This document shows, in pieces, positions 13,101 to 28,100 of a DNA stretch of 64,000 nucleotides. The notes under the pieces were generated by a model that was not told the origin of the DNA, did not search any database, and worked only from the letters and a program-made list of their open reading frames with translations. Positions within the stretch are counted from its first letter, which is position 1; each line of letters opens with the position of its first letter. A program made the position numbers and the translations under genes. The stretch comes from Camelus ferus (Eukaryota): NCBI RefSeq assembly GCF_009834535.1, contig NC_045696.1:12712001-12776000 (forward strand), written 5' to 3'.

Positions 13101-16100
13101 ACAAGTTAGATAATATTATTGTGTCAAAATAAAATCTGAGTGTAATAACTACATTACATTTATGTCGAAATATGTCCTTGTCCTTAGGAGATATACGTTT
13201 AAATACTTTTGGTAAAGCATTACGATGTCAAAGTAAGTTGCAGACTTACTTTGAAGGAGATAAGCATAAAAAAAGTAAATAGAGAGAAAGCATGTGTAAA
13301 TGTACCAACATGTTAAAAATGTGTGACCCTACAAAGAGGTTTATGACTTTTTGTCGAATCATTTGCCCACCTTCTCTGTAAATCTGAATATTTTTCAAAA
13401 TAAAAAGTTGGAAGGAAAGTAGAATTTAAAAAAAAAAAATCAAGTATATCACATATTTATTTTAACATGTATCAATGACTCTTAGGTATACAACACAAGA
13501 GAAATGAAAACATATGTCCACCCAAACATGTATGCAAAAACGTTTACAGCAGCTATATTCAAAATAGCCCCCAAGTGGAAACAACCTAAATGCCCACTGA
13601 ATGACTGGATAAACAAGATGTGGTAGAGGCATACATACAATGGAATATTATTTAGACATAAAAAGGAGTGTTATACTGATTACATGCTGTAATATGAATG
13701 AATCTTTAAAACATTACGCTATGTGAAATAAGCCAGACACAAAAGACCACATATGTGTCAGGTCCACAATTGGCAAATCCATAGAGACAGAAAATAGATT
13801 AGTGTTTACCAATGGCTGGGGGGTTTGAGAGGAAATGGGAAGTGACTGCAAATGGGTAAGGGTTTTTTGGTAGGGGAGGAAGGTGTAGATAATGTTCTAA
13901 AATTAGACAGTGGTGATAGTAGCACAATTCTGTGAATATTAAAAACACCAAACTGTTTACTTAAAATAAGTAAATCTGATATGTGAAATGTATCTCAGTA
14001 AAAAAATTAAACATACATAGCTTTGTTTCCAATTTGATCTGATTCATTAGTTTTTCTGAGAAGAAAGTTAAAAACGGCCCAGATTAAGAACCAAAGTTTT
14101 AAAAAGAAATTCTCAGCTTTTTTTTAGGATTCCTCTAATTAGCGTTATTTAATGGGTTATGCTGGTTTATCTGTTCACAGCTCAGTTCAATTTCCAGGCT
14201 CAATAAATGCTGCTCTGCAATTCTGTGTGCCCCCTCCCCAACTCTGGCTTAATGGAAAAGATGACGTGTGGCCCCATTCCTAATTTCTAAACATAAGATA
14301 ACAAGAAAAAATTCTTATACATAAAACTTCAATTGCTGCAACTTTTTAGAGATAAAAAATATTCTAAGAAATGAATGTAAAAGGCCAATAAGGAGCTCTT
14401 GAAATATATCATCAGCAAATTAAAACCAGCTCAGATCACAAACATAAGTGGGAGGCCTGAAAAGAAATACAATAACTGACACATCTAGATCAGTGCTGCC
14501 TCTGTAATTTGATTTTCCCCTTAGATAAACAAATGCAAAAAAAAACCCCACTATATTTACATATTCCACGGTATGGGTTATTAGCAACAACATAAATTAC
14601 AACTAAGAATTCTGAAAAATCACATTGGAAATGAATGCCATATTTAGTCACTCTTTAAATATGAAGTGACTGTTTTTTTGTAGTGACCTGTCAAAGAAGC
14701 CACCTGCTTTATTCAGCTGATTCAATCAGTGTTTGAAACTTTTTAAGGTGGGGATCTGTCTGAAAGAATGGGGGGTGGGGGGGAGAGTAGATTTTTCCAG
14801 CTTCCTTCCAGGACAAGACCTCTTTTTCTTAAACATGAGACAACAGAGACATCTAGTGGCTACTGAAATAATTAAAGCCAAATAATTATATAGGATATTT
14901 TCATCATTTAGTGGTAAGTTTCAATTACATATGGTAATATTTCATAGATCTTTCTCTAAACACTAATTTTCAAATAAGAAAAATCTCCAATGATGTATTA
15001 ACTGACATCTCCACAAGAGTCAGAAGTTGATCAAAGGAAAAAAATAGCAATATCCAATTCTTTTGAAACTATTACTACGGTTGCACAAAATTAAATTATA
15101 GAAATCCGGTTTCCTGCAATAAAAGGACTTGGTGTCTACATCCAGTTAGACAAACAGTTGATGTAAGCACATTCCAGAAATTAATTACTTTTACAAACTG
15201 TGTGTGTGTGTGTGTGTAAAACTGTGGGAGGGTGAGGAAGTAGAGACAGAAATAAATTTAGCAGAATGTTTGAAATTAGCCAGATAAGATTAGATTAAAA
15301 TGTGAGGCATTTCCTCTTTTTTCTCCCAAAAGAAGGGAAAGCTAGGGGTTTAGGATAGTAACAGAGAAATACATATAAGACAGAACTGTCAAAAGTTGTC
15401 TTATTTACCTGAGATGAAGCAGCTTTGAAGAACGTAAGTATTAATTTCCAAGTGAGGAGATATCCCAAAACATAGCAGAAGTCTTCACTCAGTGGCTTAA
15501 TAGTAACTATCTGTCCAACAGGAATACACCCCAAAACATTTTCTAGTAAGTCTTCTTGAGTGCTAAGGAGAGACATCAGTGCTGCCGGTGGTGACCTAAG
15601 AACAAATGATTAAACACCACAGTTTTCTTCATTAACTCATCCCTTAACAAACTGATATTATGTATAAATTTCAAGTATCTTAAGAAAATGTTTCTCTATT
15701 TTCCAAAAACCATTTTAAAAGTCCCCCTTTATAGATTCAATTTTGACTCATAATTTCACATGAAGCCAATCATAGAATCTGAAAGACATAAAATGTTATA
15801 CAAATATATACATATTTTCCTATTTATAAACCTATAAATATGTAATATAAAATATAAAATATTATATTTATAAATATATAAAACATGGACTCTAGAGGTT
15901 AGCACTTAAAAGACCCTTTTAGAAAACATATACTTCAGCCTTTTGTTTTACAGATAGAAAAAAAAATCACACAACCAGAGGGGCTAAATGATTAGTCTGA
16001 AGCCCCTCGGTTAGTCAGGGGAACCATTAGGGCTAACAAGTCCTACCAGGTCACTTATCATCCTATAAAGGGTAAAAAGGTCGTAAGACTGGACGCCTTT

Positions 16101-19100
16101 TCAGCAGATTTAACATTCACATGAATCCATGACAATGTGAGTTAATTTTCCTCCTTACTGGAGTACGGTACTCATCAACACCTGGATGAGCTTACAAGAT
16201 TCTCAGAAAGTGAAATACTTGTGTGTGTCTCCTGTCAGAGTCTCTTCTCTATGACATTCTAGCTCGGTTCTCTCCTTTCACCTCTGTGAGCTTTCTTCCT
16301 TGGTGGCTTCCCACAACCAGCCCATAAATAAGTCTTCTTCAAGCTTCTGCCTTTAAGTTCTCACCTTCACCACCACCATCTCACGTACCACCCCTTCTCT
16401 ATTCCATACCAACAGTCACTAGATTTTACAAAGAACAGCTCTCCACTTTCCATACTGACCTCCATGCACTGCTGTAACTTCCAGAATGGTCTCCACCTCT
16501 GCTGGCTTCTTTGTACAGTTTGTACTTTATAGTATTGCCACAATCAGCTGGTGGTATCCCATCTTCTACCAAATAATGCCCCAATTCCTAGAAAATGTCA
16601 TTCTGAAGGCCCTTCATTACCCTTCCAGCTTTACCTGCCACTATACCCTCCCTGCCTACTCCACATATACTCGTTCATTTATTCTTTTATTCAACAAATG
16701 AGCACTATTCCTGACTCTGTTTTAGGCCAAGTACCTGAATGCTGTGAATACAGTCAGGAATAAGAGACAAACATTTCTTCCTTCACAGAGCTTATATTCC
16801 AGTGGAAGAAGATATAGACAATTAAAAAAATGCCAAATAGCAACTACTCAGTGTTCCCCCAGCACATCCTGAACATTCATGCCTCAGTGCCTTTGTACAT
16901 GGTGTTCCCATAACTTTCCCCTGCCCTGCTGAAATGCTACCTAACCTGAAAGGTGCAGCATAAATGCCTCTTCCTCAAGAGAAAGTCTTCCCTTCCTGGG
17001 CACAACAGTTGTGTCCTCCTAACATCCTAACCTTTTCCTCAGCACTTGGCATACACTGTCTTCTGTTATAGGGTAGTATCATCTAAATTAGATTATAAGC
17101 TCCTTACGAGATAGAACGTTTACTTCACAACGTATTCTCTCTTCAACATTTAATTAACACTTTGCACAAAGGGGTACTCAATAGATTTTTGAGTTGATAT
17201 ATTCCTTCCACAGCTACCATGTGGCTGAAGAAAGTTTTCACTAACAGCAGCAAACTGAAAATGATTTAGGAACAATTAAGAAGAGAGAGTTGGGGCAGGG
17301 GGAGGGTATAATTCAGTGGGAGAGTTCATGCTTAGCATGCAGGAGGTCCTGGGTTGAATCCTCAGTATCTCTATCAAAAAATAGTAATAAATAAATGAAC
17401 CTAATTACCTTTCCCCCACTAAAAAAAGAAGAGAGAGTAACTGTCTTTTTGGGTGAACTCTAAATTTCATTCATATCTTACAAATAAATTCACAAGATCT
17501 GTTGAACAAATATATACTCCAATTTAGAGCTTTTGTACTGCTTCTGTCTTCTAAAGTCATGAAGATGGATTATAAGAATTTAATAAAATAAACTACATAC
17601 GGTCTCCACTTATGATGGTTTGACTTACAATTTTTCAACTTCACACTAGTGCAAAAGTGATAAGCATTTAGTAGAAACCATACTACGAATTTTGACCTTT
17701 TCCCAGGCTGGCAATTTGTATGTAGTCTGATACTCTCTCATGATGCTGGGCAGTGGTGGCAAACTGCAGCCCCAGCAGTCACGTGATCAAGAGGGTAAAC
17801 AACCAGTACACTCACAACCATTCTGCTTTGCAATTTCAATACAGTGTCAAGAAATTCCATGAAATATTCAACACTTTATCATAAAATTGGCTTTGTGTTA
17901 GATGATTTTGCCCAACTGTAGGCTAATGTGAGTGTCAGAGTACATTTAAGTAGGCTAGGCTAAGCTGATGTTCGGTAGATTAGCTGTATCAAATGCATTT
18001 TTGACTCAACACTATTTTTTGACTTAACAATGGGTTTATTGGGATGCAATCCTATCATAAGTCGAGGAAGATTTGTATTAAAAAAACTTACAAGGCTGGT
18101 TCTTCTTCTTCATCTCCATAAGACTTTAGATTATCCTGATCATATTGTGGGAATTCAGGCATCAATCTGGAAGTTAGAATATTCTTTTAAATTATATTAA
18201 ACTGTTCACTGTTAAATCATGCTTTAAAAGCAGAAAGACCAATACTTATTTTGTAACGAGTACATTTTTTACTAAGTTTTTTATGAAATAACTACCTATG
18301 GCCAGGACTATCTAAATGTAAACTGTGCGTGGAGAAAAGTGACCTAAACATGAAAAACTTGACATCCTTGTTACTGAAATACAATCAAGTTTACTTTCTT
18401 GTTGTTTTCACTTTGACTCTTTTTAATGACGAAGAATTAAAACTAATATATGTTCTATTTTTTTAGACCATCACGACATTGATTCAATTGAAAGAATTCT
18501 TACTTGTATAGCATATGATAAACAGCAATTTGCACAGGCCGAGCTCTGTAAAGAAGTAATGGGGCTAAAGTATTTAACAAAGTCTGGAGATATTCTGGCA
18601 AGTTTGTTTTTTGGCCAGCAACCAATCTTGGAGGGAGTTTTTGACTCAACAGTTGATCCTTTGGGATATATGTTAGTGTTTCACACATGGGCTTCAGCAT
18701 TGCATTCTGAAAGGATGTTTCAGATGTATCTTTGCTTTCTCCTGATGACAAAAAGGAAAGGAACATTCACATCTCCAAACAAAGTGAGTAATACAGCTTG
18801 ACCGATTCACAGACAATTAAATGTTATTTAAGAAAATGAAATTAAAAACTTGACATTAAAGCACTCCTAACTAGGAACATGAACTGAATATACATTTCAG
18901 ATATTCTCTGAACTACTCAGATAGTTCGGATACCTTAACTTTTTAATAACTTCTATGATCTCATTCTTAAAAAAAATGAGGTTTGAGTTAAAATAATCTA
19001 TTCATGTTATCTGAATTACAATTATTTTAATTTTCAATGGCCTTTGGATATTGTACCATTTTTTAATTCTTGTCTGTAAAGCAGAAGCATACATGATACT

Positions 19101-22100
19101 TCTGAGATACCTAGCTTTCTCTCTGGCTCTTTCACTATTTTATATTGTGTGACTTAAATATCCAAAGTTTTTTTTTTTTTTCCAACAAGTCATTTTCAGT
19201 GAACCTCACTATGACTCCCTTTTTCACTTGCCTGTAACAGTCACCAAAAGAGGTAATAGCAAACTGTGGATCCCTTGGGAAAAAAATTCTTTCCATTCAC
19301 TGATTAGATTTACAGGAAGGCTGCCAGTGGTATCCAGAGTTGTGGAATCAAAAAAAGCACTGAGTTCACAGGCCAAATCACAGCTGACACAGGCAAACAG
19401 TTGTACAAGTGGAACAGAATACAATGCCTGATTCTCATTTGTTGTCTAAAAAAACAAAAAGGAAATGGGTAAACAGACTTCTTCCAGCATACTATAAATC
19501 AAGGCAATAAAGAGAAGTGCCTTTCATTTCTCTACATTTAAAAATAAGAAGCAGTTGAAATATATAGTCTTAGGAGACATTTATATATTTTACATCAAAA
19601 TAACTTTTTTTCAAATTAAGTATCAGGAATTAGAATTGATCCATTTATTTTGAAATTTTTTTTTTATTTCTACAACCATAAAAGAAAATAATATCAGTTA
19701 CCACTTACCAAGTTAAACACATTAAAAACCACTTTTATAATCTTCTTGGGAGCCCTACTAATTGGGTATTATTAAGTTACTTTAAAATAAGGAAACTGAG
19801 GCTTGACAAGGTAAAGTTTAATACTACACAGCTAACAGCAGGCAAAGCAGAGATTCAGACTAATTCAACCTTGACTGACTTGCTGCATCAGAGCCCACAA
19901 GTATTACACACCTGGTTGCTGTGGGTCATAAAAAGAACATCAATTCCCCCTGAATCTGCCTAATTTTTAATGCATTACTCTGGCAATACTGAAACAGTAC
20001 ATTTTTAAGAATAACTTAATTAGAATCAAAAAGACCAAAAAAACTTGTCATGAAAACATAAAACCTTAAAGGGCTGTGCTGCAATATTAAAATGAGCTAA
20101 TGAAGAGAACATTTTAAAAGCAGTTAGCAGATCTGGTTACTGAATGATACTGGCAGACAAACCTCAATCATTTTACTGTTCTGTCAAGTAGTAGCTGGTG
20201 AGGAACATATCTATAAAGTGTTTAAATATTTGCAAAGGAGCTAACGACAACCATCATTTAAAGAATATTAGTAAACAGTTCTAGTACAGAGATATGCACA
20301 AAGACCCAATAGGTGTGATGACGTTATCAGGTTAATTTACCTCCAACCAAGCCAACATGGAGCACATGATAAAGTCCCATTCACTCTCTGCCAAAGGAGA
20401 TGAGCAGTATTTCAAAAACAAGGAAAGGAATCGGATTATTTCTATATTTACACCCAGTATCTCTGGACTTACTTCTGACAGATTGCTGTGATAAAGACAA
20501 AAACAAAACACTGAAGAATTATATACATTCAATTAGAAAAATGTAAATCTTATATACTTAGACTGACTTAAATGTCTTTCATCCTATTACTTTACAAAAT
20601 TGTGACTATATGATACACAATCTGAGTCCACTTCATATATAGAGGGAAAAACACAGTATAAAGTATTACCTACCAACTGAAAAGAAAAATATCTTCATGA
20701 TCTTTCTTCCAGGTTATCAGAATTTTTAATATACCATGTAATAGCTCTCCATCATCTATCCCTCTGGTTTGCAGACAAGAATTGAAAATGGCAAGATGTC
20801 CGAAACCTCCTAAAGTAAAATTAAAAATTAAAAAATTAATTGTATTGTTACTATTAAAAAGAGAAACTCTACCTTGAAACAAGTTAAAAACTTTCTTCAG
20901 AAGTATTTAGGTTAAGAGCTCTAAAAATTAGGGCTTATATGAAAGAGTCAAATGAGCTTATAAATTCCAGAGGGCAGGGATCCTGTCTCCATACCCAGCA
21001 CCCAGCACCCAGCACAGAAAATCAAGTGTGAAGAGGGGGGAGTGAATGACATTGTGCATTAGCTAACCTATGGTGTTTTATTGTAAAAAGTATGCCCTTT
21101 CTCATTTCTCTAATATCACTTGTTTGTTGCCCTTACAGCACTAATGTTTGTTTATTTATTATTATGTCAATTAGAAAGTAAGCTCCATGAGGGCAGGAAC
21201 CCTGTCTGTGTTACTTGCCACTGTACATGTCCCCCTAGCACGATGCCTGAGATAAAGAGAAACTCATTTTGACTGACTGAATGAAGAATGAATAAGTGAA
21301 CACATGGTACACTGCTAGATGCTGGGGAGATAAAGCTGAACAAAATCCAGTCCCTGACGGGACTCATCTAGCAGTCCTGGTGGACATAAAACAAAGTAGA
21401 ATGCAAGAGGGCCAAAAAACTGAGAGCCCAGAACAGGAAACTAGGTCAAGTCAGAAAAGCCTTTCCAAAGTTGGTATATGGTATTTCACAGGCACAAAGT
21501 TCTAACAAAGTAACAGAATGTTCAAAGTTCAGGGCAGAAGCAAAATTGGTGAAACCGGAGAAACTGGTTGTGATAAGATTGTAAGATGTCTTATAAGCCA
21601 AACTAAGGACTTAAGGTTTTTATTCTGTAGACAAAAGGAAACCAAGGAAAAAGCAAAAATAAATTAATAAATAATAGCAATAGTAATAATGTAATCTTCC
21701 TTTAAAGGCAAATAATTTTTTTTCTTCTAATCTTCCTGACAAAATGTGAGGCTCAAGTTTAAATAGAAACAATTGATTTTCTAATAACGAAAAAATATTT
21801 GTTAGCTAACTGTTCCATCATTTTGGCAAGAAGAGCAAAATTGGCTGTCAAATCTCAAAAACGTTCCGCTTCCTGTTGCCCTCTGCACAGCTGGACAGTT
21901 TGTGGTTTGTGTGGATAGCACACAGTTGTGTGAACTGCAGCCCTGTCTCCTGCCCCTTCTCCCTCTCTGCCGTTCTTCAGTTATGACCTGTGCTGGAGAA
22001 ATCACCTGCACTCCCGTTAGGTAATCCTCTCTTCTATGCACAGTCAGTTCACCTGCATCTCTGTTCCAGAACTGCAATCCCAACCTAATCCCACAGTTTA

Positions 22101-25100
22101 ACTATGTAAGTGAACTCAACAGTAAAGCTTAATGCCACAAAAATTTATTTATAACATCAGCTGACCCTTCATGCTACCAGGGTAATTCTTTTTGACTGTT
22201 TGTTGATGGACACACTCCTTTTCCACTATTTCAGACTTCTACTGCCTTTAACATCCACAATCCAGTTTCCACTTATTAAATGACCTAGACAGACATGAAG
22301 ACATGAAGTTCCCAGGCCCCCCTCCATCTCCATCTCCATCCATCCTACACCTCTCTTCATCTTGTCTTCTCCTATATATACATGACTGGTATCTTCTGAC
22401 TACTCTAGATTCTATCCTACATGCCCTCCCCTCTCATCTTCTCAGTGGGAACTATCATCAATTATTCCCTGTCTCTATTTTCTATTCCTCCCCCTCCCCA
22501 GCAACATGTATTTCCCCTTTGACTTTGTGTTCACCTCCAGCTTTCACCTCTTTGTACACTCCTTCCCGCCAAACACTCAGAATAGACTATCTGCCTCCAC
22601 TTTCTCATCACTATCATTCCAACAATGTCAAAGCCAATAGACACTTGTCAGCGCCTAATTTTACTTGCCCTTCTGTAGCATTTAATGGCTGACGAATATT
22701 ACCTAAAACTCTTCCTTTGCTTCTCTTTATCTTTAGTTCTTATTCTCAAGTGTCCCTCCACCCACTACCCCTTAAATCTACTGCTAGTGTTCCCTTGATA
22801 TTCTTTCCACTCTTCATTCTTGCTGAACAAGCTCATCCTCATTTACAGACTATACTGCCACCTGCATGACATGGGCTTTGGAAGCAGCATTTCCATCTAG
22901 CCAATAGCTATTGCTTACTGACAATCTCCATTTGAATAGTTATTCCATAGCCATCTTAATCTATTGTGTCTAAAACTGAACATTAGCTGCCTATACACTC
23001 CTTTTCCATCCTCCTCCCAACCCTCAAGTCTCCTACAGAGCTTCCTATAAGGCCTAACAATACTTCCATCTACCCAATTCAGAAGTACAATCACAGAGAC
23101 CCATCAATTCTATTTCCTGTCTCTTTCATTTCCATCTCTGCTCTTCCATTTGTGCCTTGATTCAAGTTCTCTATTTCTCATTATGATTATTCCAATAGCT
23201 CCCTATATGGTCTTCTACCCCTAAACTCTCTTCTCTCACATCCACCCTATACAGTTAGCAAAATAATCTTTCTAATATAAATGTGATAAGTCTTACTACT
23301 CTTCTACCTAATTTGGGCCAATAACTCCTTACCTCCTACCACTTCAAGTCCAAACTCCTTAGCCTACAAAACTAGGCCTTTATGATCTGTTCCCTGCCAT
23401 TTCTCAAAATCCATATTCTTCTGCACTGTAATACTCTTTGTCTCCAACTTTCTACCTTAAATGCCAACCCAAATGAACTATCTGTATTCTTCTATGTTTG
23501 TGTGTACCTGGAATGCCCTTCCCCAACTATGTCCATATGGCAAACTATCCTTCATCACTCAGTTGAAGTATTTCTCTTTGTGAAATTGCCACTGACATCT
23601 CAAAGCAAAGGGGAAAACTCCTTTTCTTCCACTTTCACACATACGACATCTTACTGCTCCATCAGCTACCATATAACTCTACGTCTGTCTTCTCTACAAA
23701 AGAAACTGTCACATAGCCAGGGCTAAATAAGTGTTTATTCAATTAATAAATAAATGAACTAATAGAGTAGAGAGTATCCAAAAAGTTTAAAACATAACAA
23801 AAGCTATTCCCTCTTTTGTCTTTATGAGTGCATCATTGGTTGACTGAAAAAGCTATATATGGAAAAGAAATGATTGGAGGGTTATCAGTGGTTGTAAATC
23901 TTCCCTTAAGGCTCTAGCATTTCTGTACTGCAAAATGGTAACAGCCACTCTCCAATGACACTCATCCTACTGAATCAACTTGTTTTGTAGCAAGAGTATA
24001 AATTAGGAAAAATCAGCTATAATTCATCTCTGCTAGATGTGGATTAAGATACTAAGAAATACTTCTTTTTGGCAGGGAAGGGTGTAGCTCAGTGGTAGAG
24101 CACGTGCTTAGCATGGACAAGGTTCTGGGTTCAATCCTCAGTACCTCCATTAAATAAATAAACAAATAATCAAACAAATCAACCAACCTAACTCCCTCCC
24201 AAAATTTTTTAAATTAAGAAATACTTTTTTCACTTCAAGCAATAATTAAATTAATAAAATATTTATTACCAAGCAACTAACCATTAGTACTGCAAACATC
24301 TTCCTTGGTCCAGGCCAAAAGGGCAGGGATACACTGAGCAATGAATTCTTTCTTGTCTTCTTTTGACAAAAATGGACAGAGACTTTGAATGGTATGCATA
24401 TTACCTTCTGTTAGTGGAAAAAAACTGTTTAAAGGGAAAAAAAAAAGGTATGAATTATATTTATTCTAAATTTTCAGTTATTTCAGAAAACTCCTCTTAT
24501 CTAGACTAGTCAAAAAGACTAATATTTCCACAATATAAAATAATTGTATAGAAAAAAAAAAAGAAAAGAAACTATGAAGAGATTGACAATTGTTGATGCT
24601 GGAAGATGAAACTATGGATATTTTTTTTCCTGCTTCTTTTTTACATTTTTTTTTTAAATAAGCATTGTAACTTGCCCCATTTATGATTTTTTTTAATTAT
24701 ACAAACAATACATGATTATGCTCTAAGAGTCAACTGATTCAATTTAAGCAGTACCAGTTGCATGTCCTTTGTATGAACTAGTATTTATATATGTGCATAT
24801 ATATAGTTGGGTTTTATTTACCTATGTGTTGTATTATTTGCCACTTATATACTTAGTATAGATGGTTTTATGTCAGAAAATGTAGGTATAAAGTATTCCT
24901 TTTATTTTAAAGCTACATAACTAAATCAAAAACAAAACCAAAAATATTGCACAGTATAATTTAACTATTTCCCTATTAGTGAACATTAAGGTTTCTGCCC
25001 CCAAATTTTTATTCTTACAAATAACGCTGTAATAAATGTCCTTGAGCAGATACAATTCTGCATATGCGCAAATACCTCTTTAGGCCAGATTCCTAGAAGC

Positions 25101-28100
25101 AGAATTGCAGAAATCAAAGGATTTGAATGTATTATATTTTGATAATTTCAAACTGGTTTTCAAAAAAGCATAATCAAGTTTACATTTTCACCAAAAATGT
25201 ACAAGTTTGACTGTTTTGCTGCACATTTAATGAATCTTTTTAAAATTCCTGGCAATATGGCAGATAAAATGTACTACTTTTAATTTGCATTTCTGTCACT
25301 ATTAATAAGGCAAATCCTTTCATATTTCACATTTCATAAATGAATTACCTTTGACTATTTCACCTATGAATTACCTGTTCAAGTCCTTGACACATGCTTC
25401 ACTTTGAATAGTTTTATTAAGAAAAGCTATTTATATATTATGGATATTAATTCTTAATATACAAATTTTTCTTCCATTTTGCCACCATTTAATCTTTGCT
25501 TACTGTATTTTTATCATACAGAAGTTTCCTTTTTTTTTCCTTTTTTAATTGTGGTAAAATATACATTATATAAAATTTATTATAAGTGTACAGTAGTGTT
25601 AAGTTCATTCATACTGTTGTGCAGCTTATCTCCAGAACTTTTTCATTTCACAAAACTGCAACTCTACCCATTAAATAAGAATTCCCCATCTCCTTCCCCT
25701 CAGCCCCTGGCAACTACCATTTTACTTTCTGTCTCTATGAATTTGACTATGCTAGGCACCTCATATACTTGGAATCATTCACTACTTATCTTTTTGTGAC
25801 TCATTTATTTCATTTAGCGTAATGTCCTCAAGGTTCATCCACATTGTAGCATGTCAGAATTTCCTTCTTTTGTAAGCAGAATAATATTCCTTTATATGTA
25901 TATACTACATTTTTGTTTATCCATCCATCTGTTGATGGGCACAAAGTTTTATTTTTACAAAATCAGATATCTATCATTTCTTCTACAGATTCTGGATTTT
26001 TGTGCTTTGCTTAAAATCTTCCCTATGCCAAGATTATACAGTCTCTTATTTTCCCCTAATACTTTTACAGATCTGTTCTTTTTAGCTTCCATCTGGACTT
26101 CACTTTTACGTAAAATGTAAGGGAGTAGGTCTCCCCTTTTTTTCAAACACATATCCAGTCTTCCTAACATCATTTATTATTGACTCATCTCACAATTTGA
26201 AAGAACACTTGTATCAAAAACTAAATTCTCATATATGTGCAGATTAGTTTCTGGACTCTTATGTTCTGATCCAGTGATCTGCCTATTCACCAATCTCATA
26301 ATGCTTAATTACTGTACTGGTAGGGCAAATCCTTTTCACTTTTCTCTTTCATAACTCTCCTAGCTATTCTTGAACATTTTTTCCTTCAAATGCATACTAT
26401 ATTTAACACAGTTTGTCAAGCTTTTCAAAAATGTTGCTGAAATTTTGACTGAGATTACATTGAAATTATAGAAACAACCATTTTTTAAAAATTATCTTCT
26501 CTTGTGATCTTTACTTGGGTTTTTTGGGGGGTGGGGGAGTTGTTACATTTATTTCTCGGTATTCATAGTTTTATTGTCATTGTGAACAGAATCTCTTTTT
26601 TCCTATGCCTTTTTAAAATTGATTATGACCGGTGAATAAGAAAGATACTGATTTTTGTATGTCAAGTACATATCCATTTCATTTGTAATTAGTTCTAACA
26701 GTTCTTTAGTTAATTCCCTATGACTTTTATAATTATAAAAAATTTTTAAATTATACTGAATAAAAAAGCTAGTATCAAAAGATCACATGCTGTATGATTC
26801 CTATATATAACATTCCTAATGATAAAATTATCTAGAAAGAGAACAGATTAGCGGTTGCCAGAGATGAGAATGGGAAGAAGGGAGGTGGCCATGGGAAAAA
26901 AGGGTAACACAAGGTGATCCTTATGAAAAAACTAGTCTATATCTTGGACTGTGGTGGTGGTAACACAAGATTACACAGAACACACACAAAAACACGTAAG
27001 TGCAAGTAAATGTGGTCAGTGGATTGTATCAACGCCATCTTCTTGGTTGTGAAATTGTACTGAAGTTATGCAAAATGATACCACTGGCAGAAACTGAAAG
27101 GTACATGGAATTTCTTTGTATTTCTTACAACTGCATGTGAACCTATAATTCCCATTAATAATTGAATTCAAAATAATAAATTAAAAAACTAAAATAAGAT
27201 TAAAACAAAAATTTAACTTAAGATTCTAATTCTACTGTGCCAAAATACATGTGTAAACATATATAGGTATAAATATGTATGTATAAATATACATACATAA
27301 TTTCAGAATTCTTCTTGGTGAATCAGTTAATTCAAAATGCCTCAGTAAATTTCAGCTAAGTGTTTAATCTGAATGCTCAGCTTCTCTAGTATAATTAACT
27401 CCAGCAAATCTCTAGTATGTCCAACTCTATTTCTTTGTCCTAAGAACACATCTATTGCATTTTTAGAATAAACTTCAATAGGATGATCCTTATTTAAGAG
27501 AAGATAAGTAACTTTCCCTATCACTTCCATACAGCAAATAAAGTAATGGAAAAAGGATGTTGGGGAGGGGAAAATAATAGATTCTGTCGGAGAGATTTCT
27601 GAGGAAAAGAGAACAACTTTATGAAATGCTAATTGTTTAAAACAAGTATACAATTTCACAACAAAATTTTATAAGGTTTAAAATGCTTATTTAAAAAGGT
27701 GTGTTCCTCAACCTAAAACAATTAAAATTGTTTTTATACTCTTTAAGTCTCATTTTTTTAATTTAATTTTCTCATCTCCTAAACCTTGATTTCCTGATTC
27801 ATTAAATTTTTTTGTTAGTTTAGAGTTGTCAAAGTAACCAACCATAGTAAATTTCAAAATAAAAATATTTTGAATAAGAATACCCTTCTTTTCTCCTATA
27901 ATGCCATTTTACTTCATCAGATGAAACACTTCGGGAAAGGATCAACTTAGCAATGATAAGAGACCAAAGGGTGCCATTCTCCCTGGATCTAAAAAAGGGA
28001 AAAAAAAAATCCATTTTGAGAGTGCACTTAAGATTTTTTAACACTGTTACCTGGATTCCTTTTACAGAATTAAATAAATTGTTTTGTGAGGGTATCATTT

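Noticed and set aside
22303..22692. 129-aa plus-strand ORF and other intronic ORFs from the track
   Set aside because: They lie in decayed L1/L2 or low-complexity sequence, or antisense to LTN1 exons, with no recognisable protein similarity or splice structure.
27876..27883. Intron 18 donor GTATTCTT (and intron 6 donor GTATCTTA) as U12-type introns
   Set aside because: Both miss the GTATCC core, and I saw no correctly spaced TCCTTAAC branch point.
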